Below are positions 11,851 through 23,990 of a stretch of 64,000 nucleotides of DNA, in pieces. Position 1 is the first letter of the stretch. Every line of letters starts with the position of its first letter. This DNA is from Antechinus flavipes (Eukaryota): NCBI RefSeq assembly GCF_016432865.1, contig NC_067402.1, positions 63,674,001 to 63,738,000 on the forward strand. The letters run 5' to 3'. The position numbers and the translations under genes were made by a program. The notes beneath the pieces were generated by a model. It was not told where the DNA came from. It worked only from the letters and a program-made list of their open reading frames with translations, and did not search any database.

Positions 11851-14800
11851 ATTCAAAAGGATCTATACCTATTCTTTGAATTATTCTTCAACTTCAGCTT
11901 ATTTTGCCCTTTATCCTCCCTGATATCATTCCTATAGGTCCATAGTATTTTGTGTGTGTGTGTTGATACTATTACTTCTTGCTTCATCTTATATCCATGT
12001 CTTTTTTTTTCATTGAGTTTATTGATGGTAAGAATCTGAATATCAGAACCCCACAACCATGTTTCTAATGAAGATTTTTGTGTAACAAGTGGTATAAATG
12101 ACATTATGGAGGTTGGGCATGACCATTAAAAAGAAATAGGTCATGAATGAAGTGAGAATGCAAGACCATATAAAGAGATTTTAAGGGCTACAGTGACAGC
12201 TTCAAAAAACAAATATTGGATAGATCTTCTTCAGAAGACTCCTAGGAAAACAGACAATAATTGCCCCCCCAAAAAAGGAAAAGAAGACCTGTAATCTGGA
12301 CATTGCTAATATCAATGAAATCAAGAATCTTTCAAAATACAAGTTTTTTTTTAATACTCAAAGCCAGCTTTGCAAATTCATACCTTCTGTGTTCCAGCTA
12401 AACTTCAGGAAAGGTGGTAATCAGTAGGAAGAGGAGGTTTCTTGTTTTCTTTATTTCAGTTAGTAATATGATCAAAAGGGAGGATAGTCTCAACATTCAT
12501 AGGGCAACAAGTCTGTAATGTGCCAAAATTCCAAAACAAAGTTGTGATTTCTCCAGGTCCCCAGATCATATCAAAGCACCTTTGTCGGTTCATGACATTT
12601 TTTATAAAGTAACAAAAATGTATCTGGTTACTCAGATCAGGAGCCAGCACAAATTTGGGGGTGTTGAAGGAGAAAAGGCAAGTCTGAGAGGCCTTTTATT
12701 TTGGTTTCTAGGGAGATAAACAGGATTAAAGAGAAGTCTGGGTAGACTAGGAGAAAAACAGACAAGATTATTGAATAGGTTTATGGGGGTTTTCAAGTTT
12801 CTAGATTTTCTAAGCACTAGTGGTAGCATAACCTGTGCATTCAGTTTAATTCCTTTCATATCACATCTTATCGTTTATAATGACATTTTCATGGTTCCCT
12901 TTTGAATAGGCCATCATCTTTACATTATCTGCTGAAATGACAAATTCAGGGAAATAAAACACTATCTAAATAAAGATGTCATTTAGCTACGATGAATATT
13001 CATGTATTCCCTCAAGAATCTCCAAACACCTTATTGATTGCTGATCTGGTAATAGGAAACAGTTTTGCTGTTTTATTACACATTCACTCAGCTACACTAC
13101 TTCAGTCTCATTATTTTGCAATGCTAATATCTTCAGAGAAATTTAAACATTGGACATTTTCAAAAGCAGAAATTGAAGTAGAATTCACTTTCTAAGTTTT
13201 GTTAAAGTTAGATTATTCTTAAACCTGTTAAAACTAATTATTAATCGGATTGGGTGGTTGCTTTTAGAAGAAATAGAACCACCAGGAAGGCAGGGACTAG
13301 TAAATTGACAAGAGCATACATTTATTAAGCACCTTAAATGGGAAGAAGGTACAAAATTCAGTTAAGACATTGCCCCTGAGCCAAGGAGTTGAACCATAGT
13401 AGAATATGCTTTCACATATCTGACAGTATGATAGATAAAATGTTGATAGTGTTAATACACTTAGCTTTCAGCTCCTGTTCAATGACTTTTGCTCCCCCAG
13501 GCCCTCTTTGGCCCTTTTAGATACTATTCCTTTCCCTTCCTACAGAGTTTACATTCAAAGCTTTCAGCCACTGGATTCTTTTCCTTTTCCATCTAACTGC
13601 ATATTCTCTATTAATTTTTCTTCACATGCATCTCAAAATAAAGTAATTTTTGAGAAAAGACTGAAGATAATATATCACCCAGATGTTTTAGAAAGCTCTT
13701 TGGGGGTTTTGTCCTTGCCTTCTTGGGAGCCCAGCTATTGACCAGATATAGAGCAGATGCCAGCCCCCGAGGACTGATGTAGCCGAACTCTTTCACAACA
13801 TTAGAAGATAAAGGAAGGAGGTCAAAAAGATTCAGAAGTCTCATCTTGTTGGAATGAACAAATCAGAGCATCTATTGCAACATTCCATGGCTTCCAAAGA
13901 CTTGCTATTTTTTCTTCCAGACAGCAGAGCTGTGCTTGGTATCTGGATGTTAAAGCCAGAGACTCACGGAGGCTGCTTATTGGATCCTGTAACCCATGGT
14001 TGGAAATAAGAGTTTAATGTTTACTGCATCAATTTCACAGCACAGCTGTGGGCATACTATAGGAGAAAGATGGAGCAACATGATCTTTTGAAGCTTGCAA
14101 AATGCTGATGCATAGCCAGATACTTAGAACTGTTTGCTTGTTCAAGAAGAAACCTATTTCAAGATTTAATTACCACAAAATCAGACAATGTTTTCATCAC
14201 TAAATCCTTTCAATTCCACATCATGTGTTTTCAATTTCATCAGCATTTATAACTTATTTTTGTTAAACTTTGCTGTCAAAAACAATGTGGAAATCCCAGG
14301 TTATATAATGGGGGTCCTGGAGAGCCAACGTTGAATTAGCCAACCAAAATGAAATGACTGTTGTGGAATGTGCACATGAAGAGCTCATTCTTTCTCTCAG
14401 CCCACAGACCCAATATGTAAATTTGTGACTCCTAAGAAAGCACTGAGAGGCAAAAATGTGCTTCGTTTTATATATCAATAAAGAATGCTATAGACCACCT
14501 AGACAGAAAGAGGAAATAGATGTGATCAGGTGTAAGGTCAGTCTTTGTCATCTGGACCATTTGTGAAAACTTTTGTGTTTCCACAGAAAGTCTATTGTAA
14601 TAAAAAGAAAATTTACTCTTTTACAGTGTATCTCACTATCAGGAACTCAAATTGTTCCACTCATTTTCTCCTAACGTAGGAAATTATAGTCATACTCATT
14701 TGACTGATAGGAAAATGCCTTGTTTCTCTGAAAGACTCAATCTGGATATGCTCATTAAAAACTCGTAATAGTTCATTTTCTTGTACTGAACCATATGTTG

Positions 14801-14944
14801 TACATATATTGACTTATGCAGGAATCATTTTCCTTCATCTAACATTACTTCTTATTCACTTTATATCATAATATTTTAAAATTCATAGATAGTGAGATAG
14901 AAACTCATGAATCATAAATGGAGTTGATCTTAATGATCATTTTA

Positions 14945-15097
14945 TTGGGGGCTTATTAACCAGAGGTTCCATGAAATTTATTTTTAAAATATCTTGATAA
15001 CTATATTTCTATAGAATTAATTTGCTTTGTAATTCTTATATTTTATGCATTTAAAAATACTCCCCAGATTGCCACACAAAAAGATTAAGATGCCTTG
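14945..15097. mobile_element. Non-autonomous hAT-type DNA transposon (MER5/MER20-like MITE)
   Basis: Degenerate CAGGGGTTCTTAAC-like ends (GGGGCTTATTAACC ... GATTAAGATGCCTTG); related to the copy at 31929-32093 in opposite orientation. Confidence 0.55.
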
Positions 15098-16191
15098 TCA
15101 TACTCCAACACCTTCATTTGAATGTGGGAACAAATCCAGGAGATTTAAATTATTTGTCTTAGGTCAGTCACACAGCTACCATTGGCAATGCCAGACTAAT
15201 CGTGGGCTCTCCTGAGTAGAGCTGTGGTCCAAAGTTCTTTTGTGTACATGTTGCTGCCGTGGGGAGATTGTCAGTGAACAGGGCTTCCCAGCTGGTGACA
15301 TAATTCATAATCAAAATGACCTAGTTTGCAATTGTTGATAAAATATATACAGGGAGCGAGAGAGAGGGCAGTGGGGAAATCTTTTCCAATGGTCATCTTG
15401 ATAAGGTCAGAAAGATTACTTTTCTGAGTCATAAGGGAATAAATAGTGAAATTAGCTATTCCTGGATTGGAAATTTATGTAAAATTGTCACTTAATATGC
15501 TAAAGAGAATATTAAAGGATCTGGTGGAGATCCCATGAATACATTAGGAAGCAAAAAACCCACAAGGAAAGGAGAAGCTAGAGGGAAAACTTTCCCCAGT
15601 TGATGTTGAAGCAGTTGAGTCCGCTGATGATGTAAAAGGCCCTCGTATCCTTTCCCTATCAATATCAATGTTATGACTGGGAAATGTGTATATAGGGAGT
15701 GGCTGGCTCCAGGTTGAAAGGCCAATGAATAGCCCCATGGGAGTTTTTCAGTCAGACAGAGGCCAATAATTTTAAATCCTTCTAAAAAGATTTGCTCCAA
15801 GAATGCTTAAGCTTCCATCACTGTTATGTAGATCTTTCTATTTCAGATAGTGTTTGGTGGATTAGACTAAAAAATAAAATATAAATCCTATATATTAAGG
15901 AAGTCTTTATAATATGATATTGATTATTCAATTTAATCCAACAAATACTTATTAAATGCCTACTATGGATACTATATACTTGAACTGATCAACCTTAGGG
16001 TTAAAGAAGAAGGGGGGGGGGACATCCAGAGATAGATTGGTAGAACAGGGAAAAAGATAACAGAGCAGCTTAGCAAAACTAAATAACACATTAACCAAGT
16101 TCAACATTCTATAGGGTGTTACACATTCATTGTCCCTTCTTTCTGCAGAAAGGAGGAAGGATGTCCTATCTTACACAACTTCTTTAGAAGC

Positions 16192-16632
16192 AAAGTTGGC
16201 CATTACAATTGCACAGAATTTCATTTGCATTATTTTGTTGTTGTCATTCTTTAATTTATATTTTGGCAAAGAAAAGATATAATATTTATTATCTTCAAAT
16301 ATGTGAAAGGCTGTCTTTCCCTGTCTCATATGACTTTTTTAGGACCAAAGTTGACTATTACAATTGCGTGAAATTTCATTTGTGTTGTTTTGTTGTTGCC
16401 GTTCTTTCATTTACATAGTGGCAAAGAAAAAACATAAATATTATATTCAGGGGCAGCTAGGTGGTGCAGTGGATAGAGTACCAGCCCTGAAGTCAAGAGG
16501 ACCTGAGTTAAAATCTGACCTCAGACACTTAACACTTCCTAGTTGTGTGACCCTGGGCAAATCACTTAACCCCAATTGCTTCAGCAAAAACAAACAAACA
16601 AAAAGTTATATTCAAATATGTGAAAGGTTGTC
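16192..16632 (+). repeat. Diverged direct (tandem) duplication of about 125 bp; second copy split by WSINE1
   Basis: AAAGTTGGCCATTACAATTGC...TTCAAATATGTGAAAGGCTGTC (16192-16315) versus AAAGTTGACTATTACAATTGC...[SINE]...TTCAAATATGTGAAAGGTTGTC (16348-16632). Confidence 0.9.
16450..16605 (+). mobile_element. Full-length WSINE1 with 9-bp TSD
   Basis: GGGGCAGCTAGGTGGTGCAGTGGATAGAG head, A-rich tail, TSD TTATATTCA at 16441-16449 and 16606-16614. Confidence 0.95.
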
Positions 16633-16729
16633 ATGTGGAAGAGGGATCACACTGGGGGTTCACTCTCTTTCACTACCCATATCCATGGAGTTGCCAGGTC
16701 CTAATATTTCTACTTTGTCATATCTTTCA

Positions 16730-17640
16730 CATGCAGTCCCTTTTCTCCTCTGACCGTGGTACCATTCTGGGGCAAACAATCATCACCTTACTTGAAGTCT
16801 GCTGGTTAGTCTCCCTTCCCCAAGTCTTCACTCCCATTGATCCATCAATGATCTCCCTAATGCACAGATCTGACTGTATCACATACTCCCCATCCTATCC
16901 CCATTTGTTAAACTCTCGATGGCTCTCTGTTATCTCCAAAATCAAATACAAAGTCCTCTATTTGTTTTTTAAAGCTTTTTACAATATGGCCCTTTTCTAC
17001 CATTCCAGCGATTTTATATTTTATACTCTTTCACATAGTCTTTGGTACAGTGACACCATTCTCCTTGCTATTTGTTGGAACTTGACACTCCATTTCTCTA
17101 CTCCAAAAAATTTTTACTGTCTGTCTACCAGGTCTGAAATTTTCCCCTCATATCTGCCTGATAGTTTTTCTGGCTTCCTTCAATTAATTCCCAGCTAAAA
17201 CATTACCTTCTGTGAGAAGCTTTCCCATTTCCCTTAATTCTAGTGCCTTCCTTTTGAAATTACCTCCAATTTATCCTATGGGGCAGCTAAAACAATGGAC
17301 CTGGAGGCAGGAAGATAGCTCTTCCTAAGTTCAAATCTAGTCTCAGATACTTCCTAGCTGTGTGACTCTGGGAAACTCACTTAACCCTGTTTACCTCAGT
17401 TTCTACATCTATAAAATGAACTGGAGAAGGAAATGGAAAACCACTCTATTATTTTTGCTAAGAAAAACCCAAACAAGAGTTTGAAAGAGTCAATTGTCAC
17501 TGAAAAATTGAACAATCACCGATCTATCCTGGATATATTTTATTTGAACATAGTTTTTTCCATGTTTTCTTACCTATTGTGACAATGTACATATGACAAT
17601 GCACATACTAAATCCTTAATAAATGCTAGTTGACTGATAC
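16730..17640 (+). mobile_element. L2 3' region, interrupted by a Mar1-type SINE
   Basis: Multiple L2 motifs ending CTTAATAAATGCTAGTTGACTGA. Confidence 0.8.
17281..17520 (+). mobile_element. Mar1-type CORE-SINE (BovB/RTE-like tail)
   Basis: GGGCAGCT head, CORE, tail CTGGAGAAGGAAATGGAAAACCACTC...AAGAAAAACCC. Confidence 0.85.
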
Positions 17641-17664
17641 ATTTAAAGGGCAAAAGTATTCAAT

Positions 17665-17880
17665 TAATAGACAACATAGGAAGAATTTTTGATGAGATGG
17701 GGTTGTATAACAGTCAAATGCCACATCTCAAAGTAACAAAACCCTTATTACTAGAAGTATTTGAGCAGAGGCTGGATCATATATCACTAATGATATGGAA
17801 AGGATTACTACATTGTGAAGGTGGTAGTATTAGAATATCTTCAAAGAACCTTTCTTATCCAAAAAATTATGATTTTTGAC
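17665..17880 (+). mobile_element. L3/CR1 3' end
   Basis: GAAGTATTTGAGCAGAGGCTGGATCAT motif and MIR3-type tail. Confidence 0.7.
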
Positions 17881-17889
17881 TCCAAAATT

Positions 17890-18290
17890 CTTAGTAAAAT
17901 ACACAGAGGCACAGCTTCAAAAATTTTTCTTGTGGCATTTTACATAATACAAACAAAAAAGTACATCAAGAAGGAGCCTAAGTGCTTAACAATAGAGAAA
18001 TGATGAAATAAATTATAGTACATTAACTAATGGAATACTTAATTCTATAGGCCTTTAAGATAATTAGGTGTGAGTAAATACAAAGAAAATTGGATTGCTC
18101 TTTCTTTATAAACTATTACTAAGGGGAATGAATATGACTATTTAAGAAGATAAATGAATGAGAATCAATAGATAATGCCTTGATGGGAACATGGAGTACC
18201 TAAAAAGTTTAATAATACTTTATGTCTTGAAATTAGATAATTTAAAATAAGAACCTATTAAGTAAATTTTATTGATTGCATTGATATTCA
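17890..18290 (+). mobile_element. Highly decayed L1 ORF2 3' fragment
   Basis: CCTAAGTGCTTAACAATAGAGAAATGATGAAATAAATTATAGTACAT resembles the L1 ORF2 end. Confidence 0.45.
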
Positions 18291-18443
18291 GTGTTTGGTT
18301 TTAAAGAAAAAATTAATTTAAAAAGAGGTGATGAAATTCAATGTTCTTTAACCTACTAATTCTAAAATTCTATGCCTCTAAATACATAAATATATTTGTG
18401 CTTGTATATGTGTATATATCTCTGTGTGTATATAAACATTCTG

Positions 18444-18446
<3 letters not shown>

Positions 18447-18481
<35 letters not shown>
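18447..18481. repeat. (TG)n microsatellite
   Basis: Direct inspection. Confidence 0.95.
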
Positions 18482-18484
<3 letters not shown>

Positions 18485-19317
18485 AACATAATACTACATT
18501 CTCCCTTATCTATATTTTCTTCTTCAGAGATTTGCTGTACACTGTTTCTCAAAAACAAATGGTTATTGGGTATTTCTTATGTCATAAATACTTCCTAATG
18601 GTTTGATTTCTCTTTGATCATTTCTTCCCATTTTTAGTTTGATTTTCCACTTTCCCATAACAGATAGAGATTTTTATCTGATCACAACTGTGTTTTTCAT
18701 CAAGACAAAATGTTTTAAACTTTTGGCTTTTGAAATAATTGATTTTCAGTTTTCTCCTTGAACTTTTGAGAAGGTGTGGAGTTTATCTTGCTCCTCCCTT
18801 TTCTCCTTAAGTTACAATGGTTTTCTTCATTTTCCTTTTGGTGGCCCTGGAACTTCATCTCTCGTCTTGCTGTAGTACCCTTGATGTAGTCCCTTGAGCA
18901 TTGTGTTCTTGTTTTGTATTTCTCCCTTCTGACCTGACCAAATTTCCACTTCTAGTGGTTTTCCTATTTGCCTTTCAGGTCTCTGTCCAGTTTTCTCTTT
19001 GGCCAACTTGGCATCTAGTTACCTTCCTGTTCTTCCCATGCACTGAGTTTATTTCTGGGACCAAAATACTCTTTGTTTAAAAAGCATTTAATTTGCAGGA
19101 ACTCCTTTGTCTGAAGACTTTCTTCCCCTGGGGTCTAGAGTTGTAAGCTTGTGGAAGTCTGCTTTTCCTGAAGCGGATTTTCTTGTCTACTTCCTTTCTC
19201 TGGAATCCTGAATGTTGGTCTCTTGACGAGAAGCATCTCTCTCTTGGGTTCTTTAACAAATTTACCTTGGTAACTTTAGTACCAGATAATTAATCTCAAA
19301 ATAAAAGTTGCTCCATG

Positions 19318-19546
19318 TTAATCATACACTATTTCAAAGTCTGATTCTTTTTGTGCAGCAAAATGGCTGTATGGACGTGTATACATATATTGTATTTGAC
19401 TTATACTTTAACATATTTAACATGTATTGGTCAACCTGCCATCTAGGGGAGAGGGTGGGGAAAAGGAGGGGAAAATTTGGAACAAAAGGTTTTGCATTTG
19501 TCAGTGCTGAAAAACTACCCATGCACATATCTTGTAAATAAAAAGC

Positions 19547-19579
<33 letters not shown>
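19318..19579 (+). mobile_element. 5'-truncated young L1 with (TAA)n tail and 14-bp TSD
   Basis: TSD AAAGTTGCTCCATG at 19304-19317 and 19580-19593; L1 terminus TTGTAAATAAAAAGCT(ATA)n. Confidence 0.95.
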
Positions 19580-19582
<3 letters not shown>

Positions 19583-19656
19583 GTTGCTCCATGGCTTGGT
19601 TTGATAGTTTGAAAGGCAGAGTATTGTAAAGGTATCCAAGAGTTAGCTGACCATGT

Positions 19657-19851
19657 CAGAGGACTATAACACTCCTAAGTATGGCCTGAACCACATTCAA
19701 ATGTAATTGGCAAATATGTAATAAAATACATGAAAATACAATAGAACATAGATAATGTTCATTTGTAGTTTTCTACAGCAATGTACAGCCCACAGGACTC
19801 TTTATTTACCATTTAGGGGCCCTTCCTCTCTTTATGAGTTTGATGCCACTG
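19657..19851. mobile_element. Non-autonomous hAT-type MITE
   Basis: Right end GAGTTTGATGCCACTG is TIR-like; left end CAGAGG..AACACTC is degenerate; AT-rich core. Confidence 0.5.
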
Positions 19852-20399
19852 GATACTGGGGGACAGGAAGACCTGAAATCCCACTTCTGATACATACTGA
19901 TCAAGGTTCTTAACTTTTCAGTTGTCTCGGACATCCTTATAAGACTATTAAGTTACAGAGAAAGCATTGGTACAGGGAGTTATTATCTGAGACTTCTCTC
20001 TACCAAAGAAATTACAGTTTCCAGTTCCTCACTCCTTTGACAGTTTGTAGCCTATCACATTTTCAGCAGCAGTTCATCACCATTGTGAATGACTATTAGT
20101 GTATGTGCTGTAACCAAATAAAGAAAGCCCAAAGGAACATTTTGGAAAGGTTTTTAGTGGCATGACAAATGTCTGAAAGTGTGTGTAACAGCAATACACT
20201 TCAGCTTGGACATCACAAAAAGAAATCCTTATGGCTAAATTCTGTGTTGATCATAAATTTGGAGTGAAGATGGAAAGGAGAAATGACAGAAAATATTTAC
20301 AGTTGAAATTGGAGCAACAGTAAAACAAAGGAAAACACAGCTGAGCAACTGCCCAAGGGAGGATGAACTGATTTCCCAAACTTCCGGAAAACTGATAAT

Positions 20400-20600
20400 G
20401 GGAGTAGGAAGAACTTATAGGGAATTGAACAATCCTAGTTTTAGAGCTGGGAAACCCTAGGTCCAGTGAATCTTGCTTCATATATGAGAGGCAACAAGAG
20501 CTCAAATGATTTGCCTAGGATCACAGCTAAATAATTATCTGGTAGTGGATTTACACCCAAGTCTTCCTGACTACAAGCTCAGTGCTTTATCCACCATATG
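20400..20600 (-). mobile_element. MIR/MIR3 SINE
   Basis: TTTTAGAGCTGGGAA, GATCACAGCTAAAT and GTCTTCCTGACTACAAGCTCAGTGCTTTATCCAC. Confidence 0.7.
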
Positions 20601-20759
20601 AAACTTATAGGATGAGGGATGGTAGATGGGGAGTCCATTGAGCTCAATGATGCATTTCTTTTAAGAACTAACAGCTGAATACCAACTTCTTGCAAGTTTA
20701 GGACCTGAATGTGTGTGTGTGTCTTGGAATATGAAGATACTCAGGGAGAAATAGTGGGG

Positions 20760-20990
20760 AAAGTAACATAGCTAACTATAACATAAGAAAGTGTGTATTG
20801 TAACTTGAGAGGTACAAAAGATGTCATCAAAATTTAAGTGAGAGAGGGATCAATAGCAGCATGGGAATTCATGGAGAAAGTTGTATTTTATCTAAGCTGT
20901 AAGGATAGATAGGATTTTGATAGTTAAAGATAGGTAGGGAGGTATTTCAGGGTGACATACAGCATACAGAATCCCAGTGGTGGGAAATAT
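20760..20990 (-). mobile_element. L2 fragment
   Basis: Purine-rich antisense L2 pattern. Confidence 0.45.
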
Positions 20991-21140
20991 GGTATGCCCA
21001 GAAAATCCATTTTGACTAAAGTTAAATCCATTGGACTAGGCTAGGGAGTTTCTCCAAATACATCTGCTTCTTTTTGGGATGGCACTGGGATGTTATCAAG
21101 ACCCTGGATACCTCATGGTTTCCTTAAAATAGATTGGCCA

Positions 21141-21246
21141 AGCACCATACCTGAAGTCAGGAGGACCTGAGTTCAAATCTGGATTCAGACACTTAACATG
21201 CCTTAGCTGTGTGACCCTGGGCAATCATTTAACCCCAAGTGCCTCA

Positions 21247-21277
<31 letters not shown>

Positions 21278-21282
21278 CAAAC
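21141..21282 (+). mobile_element. 5'-truncated WSINE1 with 12-bp TSD
   Basis: Starts at AGCACC, lacking the GGGGCAGCTAGG head; (CAAAA)n tail; TSD ATAGATTGGCCA at 21129-21140 and 21283-21294. Confidence 0.95.
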
Positions 21283-21450
21283 ATAGATTGGCCATCAATT
21301 CAAACAAGAGATAAAAATCAAAATGATTAGGAATAACTAACCACAAATGATTTTATTACTTAATATTGTTGAATTTCACAAGTCCTAGGAGGCCCTCTGT
21401 TATATCTTTAACACATACATCACTCAAGAAGGCAATATGCCCTTTTTCTT

Positions 21451-21926
21451 TGTCATGTTCTTAGTTTGATTTTCTGGAGGTCTCTGGGAGTAACCTTTGT
21501 TTCAGTTCAGTAATCACCACAAGAACAGCCCTTTCAAAGTCTTTTCTCCTTGCTTGGGACTTCAGCTAGTTTTCCTAGAGGGCTTCCGGAGTCTTGGTTT
21601 CAGGGGAGAAGTGAAGGAGGAGAGCCTGCCATCACGGGGTGTGAGATGGGATGAATCTATCTGAGTCCAAGGGCTTGTGCTTCAGCCTCCAGTCCATTGT
21701 CTTCCCTAGCTCTGAATGAATCTGGCTGAGGCTCCCAGTTTATATGTTCTACACCAATCATTATATCACTAGGAAACCATTATTTGTTGTAAGATTAAAT
21801 CAATTATACTAAACTTAGAGAACTTTCAAGCACTATGTCAACTAGACAACCATTGTCTCATCAATTGCACTGAATTAGCACCTTGTAAGAATACTTGTTT
21901 CAAGTTGAGAATTCTGGCCCATAACA
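21451..21926 (-). mobile_element. Solo ERV LTR (476 bp)
   Basis: TG...CA termini (TGTCATG / CATAACA); near-TSD TTTCTT / ATTCTT; TATA-like CATATAAA on the minus strand; no internal gag/pol. Confidence 0.7.
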
Positions 21927-22494
21927 ATTCTTCCTGTCATATTGACACATACCCAACTCAAGACTCCATTGTGGGAAGTTACCTCTTCCCATGATTTCTC
22001 TTTTGTCTGTTTGATAGCTTCTCTCTGGGGAGCATCTCTGGATCCTTGATATCATGCCTTGGAACACAAACTGCTTCTTCCTCAGTGATTTCTATCTTAT
22101 CCTATTTTTATTTCTATGTAAAGCCCCAAACTGTGACCTCTTTCCTTTTCTCTGTTAAACTTGCCTATCCTCCCACCTCTTGATATAAGTTATTTCATTC
22201 CCTTGTGACCTTCTCCAATGCATTTTTGGGGACTCTTCTGACACACAGAGTCAGAAAGATGACTTTCTTCACATAAGCACTACCAGACCCTTCTTTGTTC
22301 TCTATTCCAAGGCACATTTTCATACTTTGAACAACATTTGAAATTCTTCTCCAGGCTACACTTTGAACTATCATGCCTCATCTATTCATCCTGAAACCTT
22401 TCTCTAATCCTGGAATCTATACACTATATCTACTTTTGTGGCCTCATGGTCTGCTGAAACTTGCTCTTATAGAATCCCATGAGCCAATTTTTAA

Positions 22495-22690
22495 TTTTCT
22501 GTGTGATCATTTGCATCTTGGAAATCAGCAAATGCTACAAATCAGGGTTTGATTTATTGCTTTGTTGATTATCTAGACTTAATGGAGAAAACAATAATTC
22601 AAATTAAATTTTAAAGTATGCAATGCAGAGATTCTCCCCTACTACCAGTAACTAATATTTGTTGTTAAATATTTACTAGTATACTACATT
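22495..22690. mobile_element. hAT (Tip100-like) DNA transposon end fragment
   Basis: GGAAATCAGCAAATGCTACAAATCAGGG and terminal TTGTTAAATATTTACTAGTATACTAC motifs. Confidence 0.5.
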
Positions 22691-22739
22691 TGCCTCTCAC
22701 CCCTAGAATCTCCATTTGAAGTGGGCTCCTAAGCTACCA

Positions 22740-23210
22740 ATGGCTCATTTCTCACTATCATTGGACTGTCTCTACTATGTTTTTTGTCCTAATCCTTTGT
22801 ATTTTCCTGTTATGTATTGATTTCTCCCATTGGAATATAAGCTTTTTGAGGGTAGAGATTATCTTTCTATTTTTATGTGTATTCCTGACACTTAGCCAAT
22901 ATCTGACTTTTTGTTGTTATTCAGTCATTTTTGTTGTGTCTGATTCTTCATGACCCCCGTTTGGGATTTTCCTAGTAAGGCTACTGGAGTGGTTTGCCAT
23001 TTTCTTCTGTAGCTTCTTTTACAGAAAAGGAAACTGAGGCAAATAGGGTTAAGTGACTTGCCCAGAGTCACACAGCTAGTAAATTTCTGAGGCCATATTT
23101 TAGAGGGCAGAAGAGTCTTCCTGACTCCAGGCCAGGTATTCTAGCCACTATTCCACCTAGATGCCCCTGCTTGGCTTATAAATGCTTAATAAATATTTGT
23201 TGACTAGCTA
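22740..23210 (+). mobile_element. L2 3' end split by a Mar1-type SINE
   Basis: TATAAGCTTTTTGAGGGTAGAG ... CTTAATAAATATTTGTTGACT. Confidence 0.75.
22908..23167 (-). mobile_element. Mar1-type CORE-SINE
   Basis: Antisense BovB-like tail CTGGAGTGGTTTGCCATTTTCTTCT, CORE, and head end CCACCTAGATGCCCC. Confidence 0.9.
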
Positions 23211-23249
23211 GCTATCTGCCTAATTTGATTATAATATCCCAAATAGGTG

Positions 23250-23990
23250 CTTATAGTTGTCACCCACTGACTTTTTTTGTCATTCTTCCTTTATCAGTGG
23301 ATTCAAAATCTTGCAGAGCCTGCCCTTATTCTTGTTGGCTTCAACCCTTTCAATGCCAGGGCCTCCTAAATCAATCAATATGCTAACTCCTATTGCTTCC
23401 TAATTACTCTATTTCAGTCATATAACACAAAACACTTCCAAGATTTGAACCTTTCATTATCTTATCTGATCAAAGACCCCTTACTTAGACCTTATTCCAT
23501 TGCTTCTCTCAAGCTAAAGTTTCTTCCCTCCCTGTTCTTACAGTTCCCACCCTATCCTGCCCTTTTCTCTCTTTATAGCCTTGATCCTACAACTAAACAG
23601 TTCAACAATACACTATTCTTTATCCTTCAGTCCTTGTTCCCTTGTCATTTCACTACTCATGCCCTACTAATCTTTAATCCTCACTCCCAAATCACCTCTA
23701 ACTGCTTTCTTGGCTCTTGTTCTCAAGGCAGTGAATGAACCTAGAAGTCAAAAAATCAAGGGAATTGGATCTACTACTAATTCATATCTGACCACCAATG
23801 AGTCCACATCAATGGATAGCCGTTCTTTTATTTTATATAATCTCCTGACTTCACTACTTTTCATACTTGCTGTAATTTTTCCCTCTCAAAGTCCCCAGTT
23901 GTACCCCCTTTTCCTATTCTCTCTGCAGATGACCTTACTGGCAAAACTAAGTTATTACCCTACCTTTGGAAGCAATCATGAAACATGGAT
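23250..23990 (+). mobile_element. L2 ORF2 remnant
   Basis: Pyrimidine-rich L2 ORF2-like sequence (TTGGCTTCAACCC; CAATGAGTCCAC). Confidence 0.55.

Noticed and set aside
16620-17198. 192-aa plus-strand ORF
   Set aside because: Lies mostly within a decayed L2 3' region; chance open frame.
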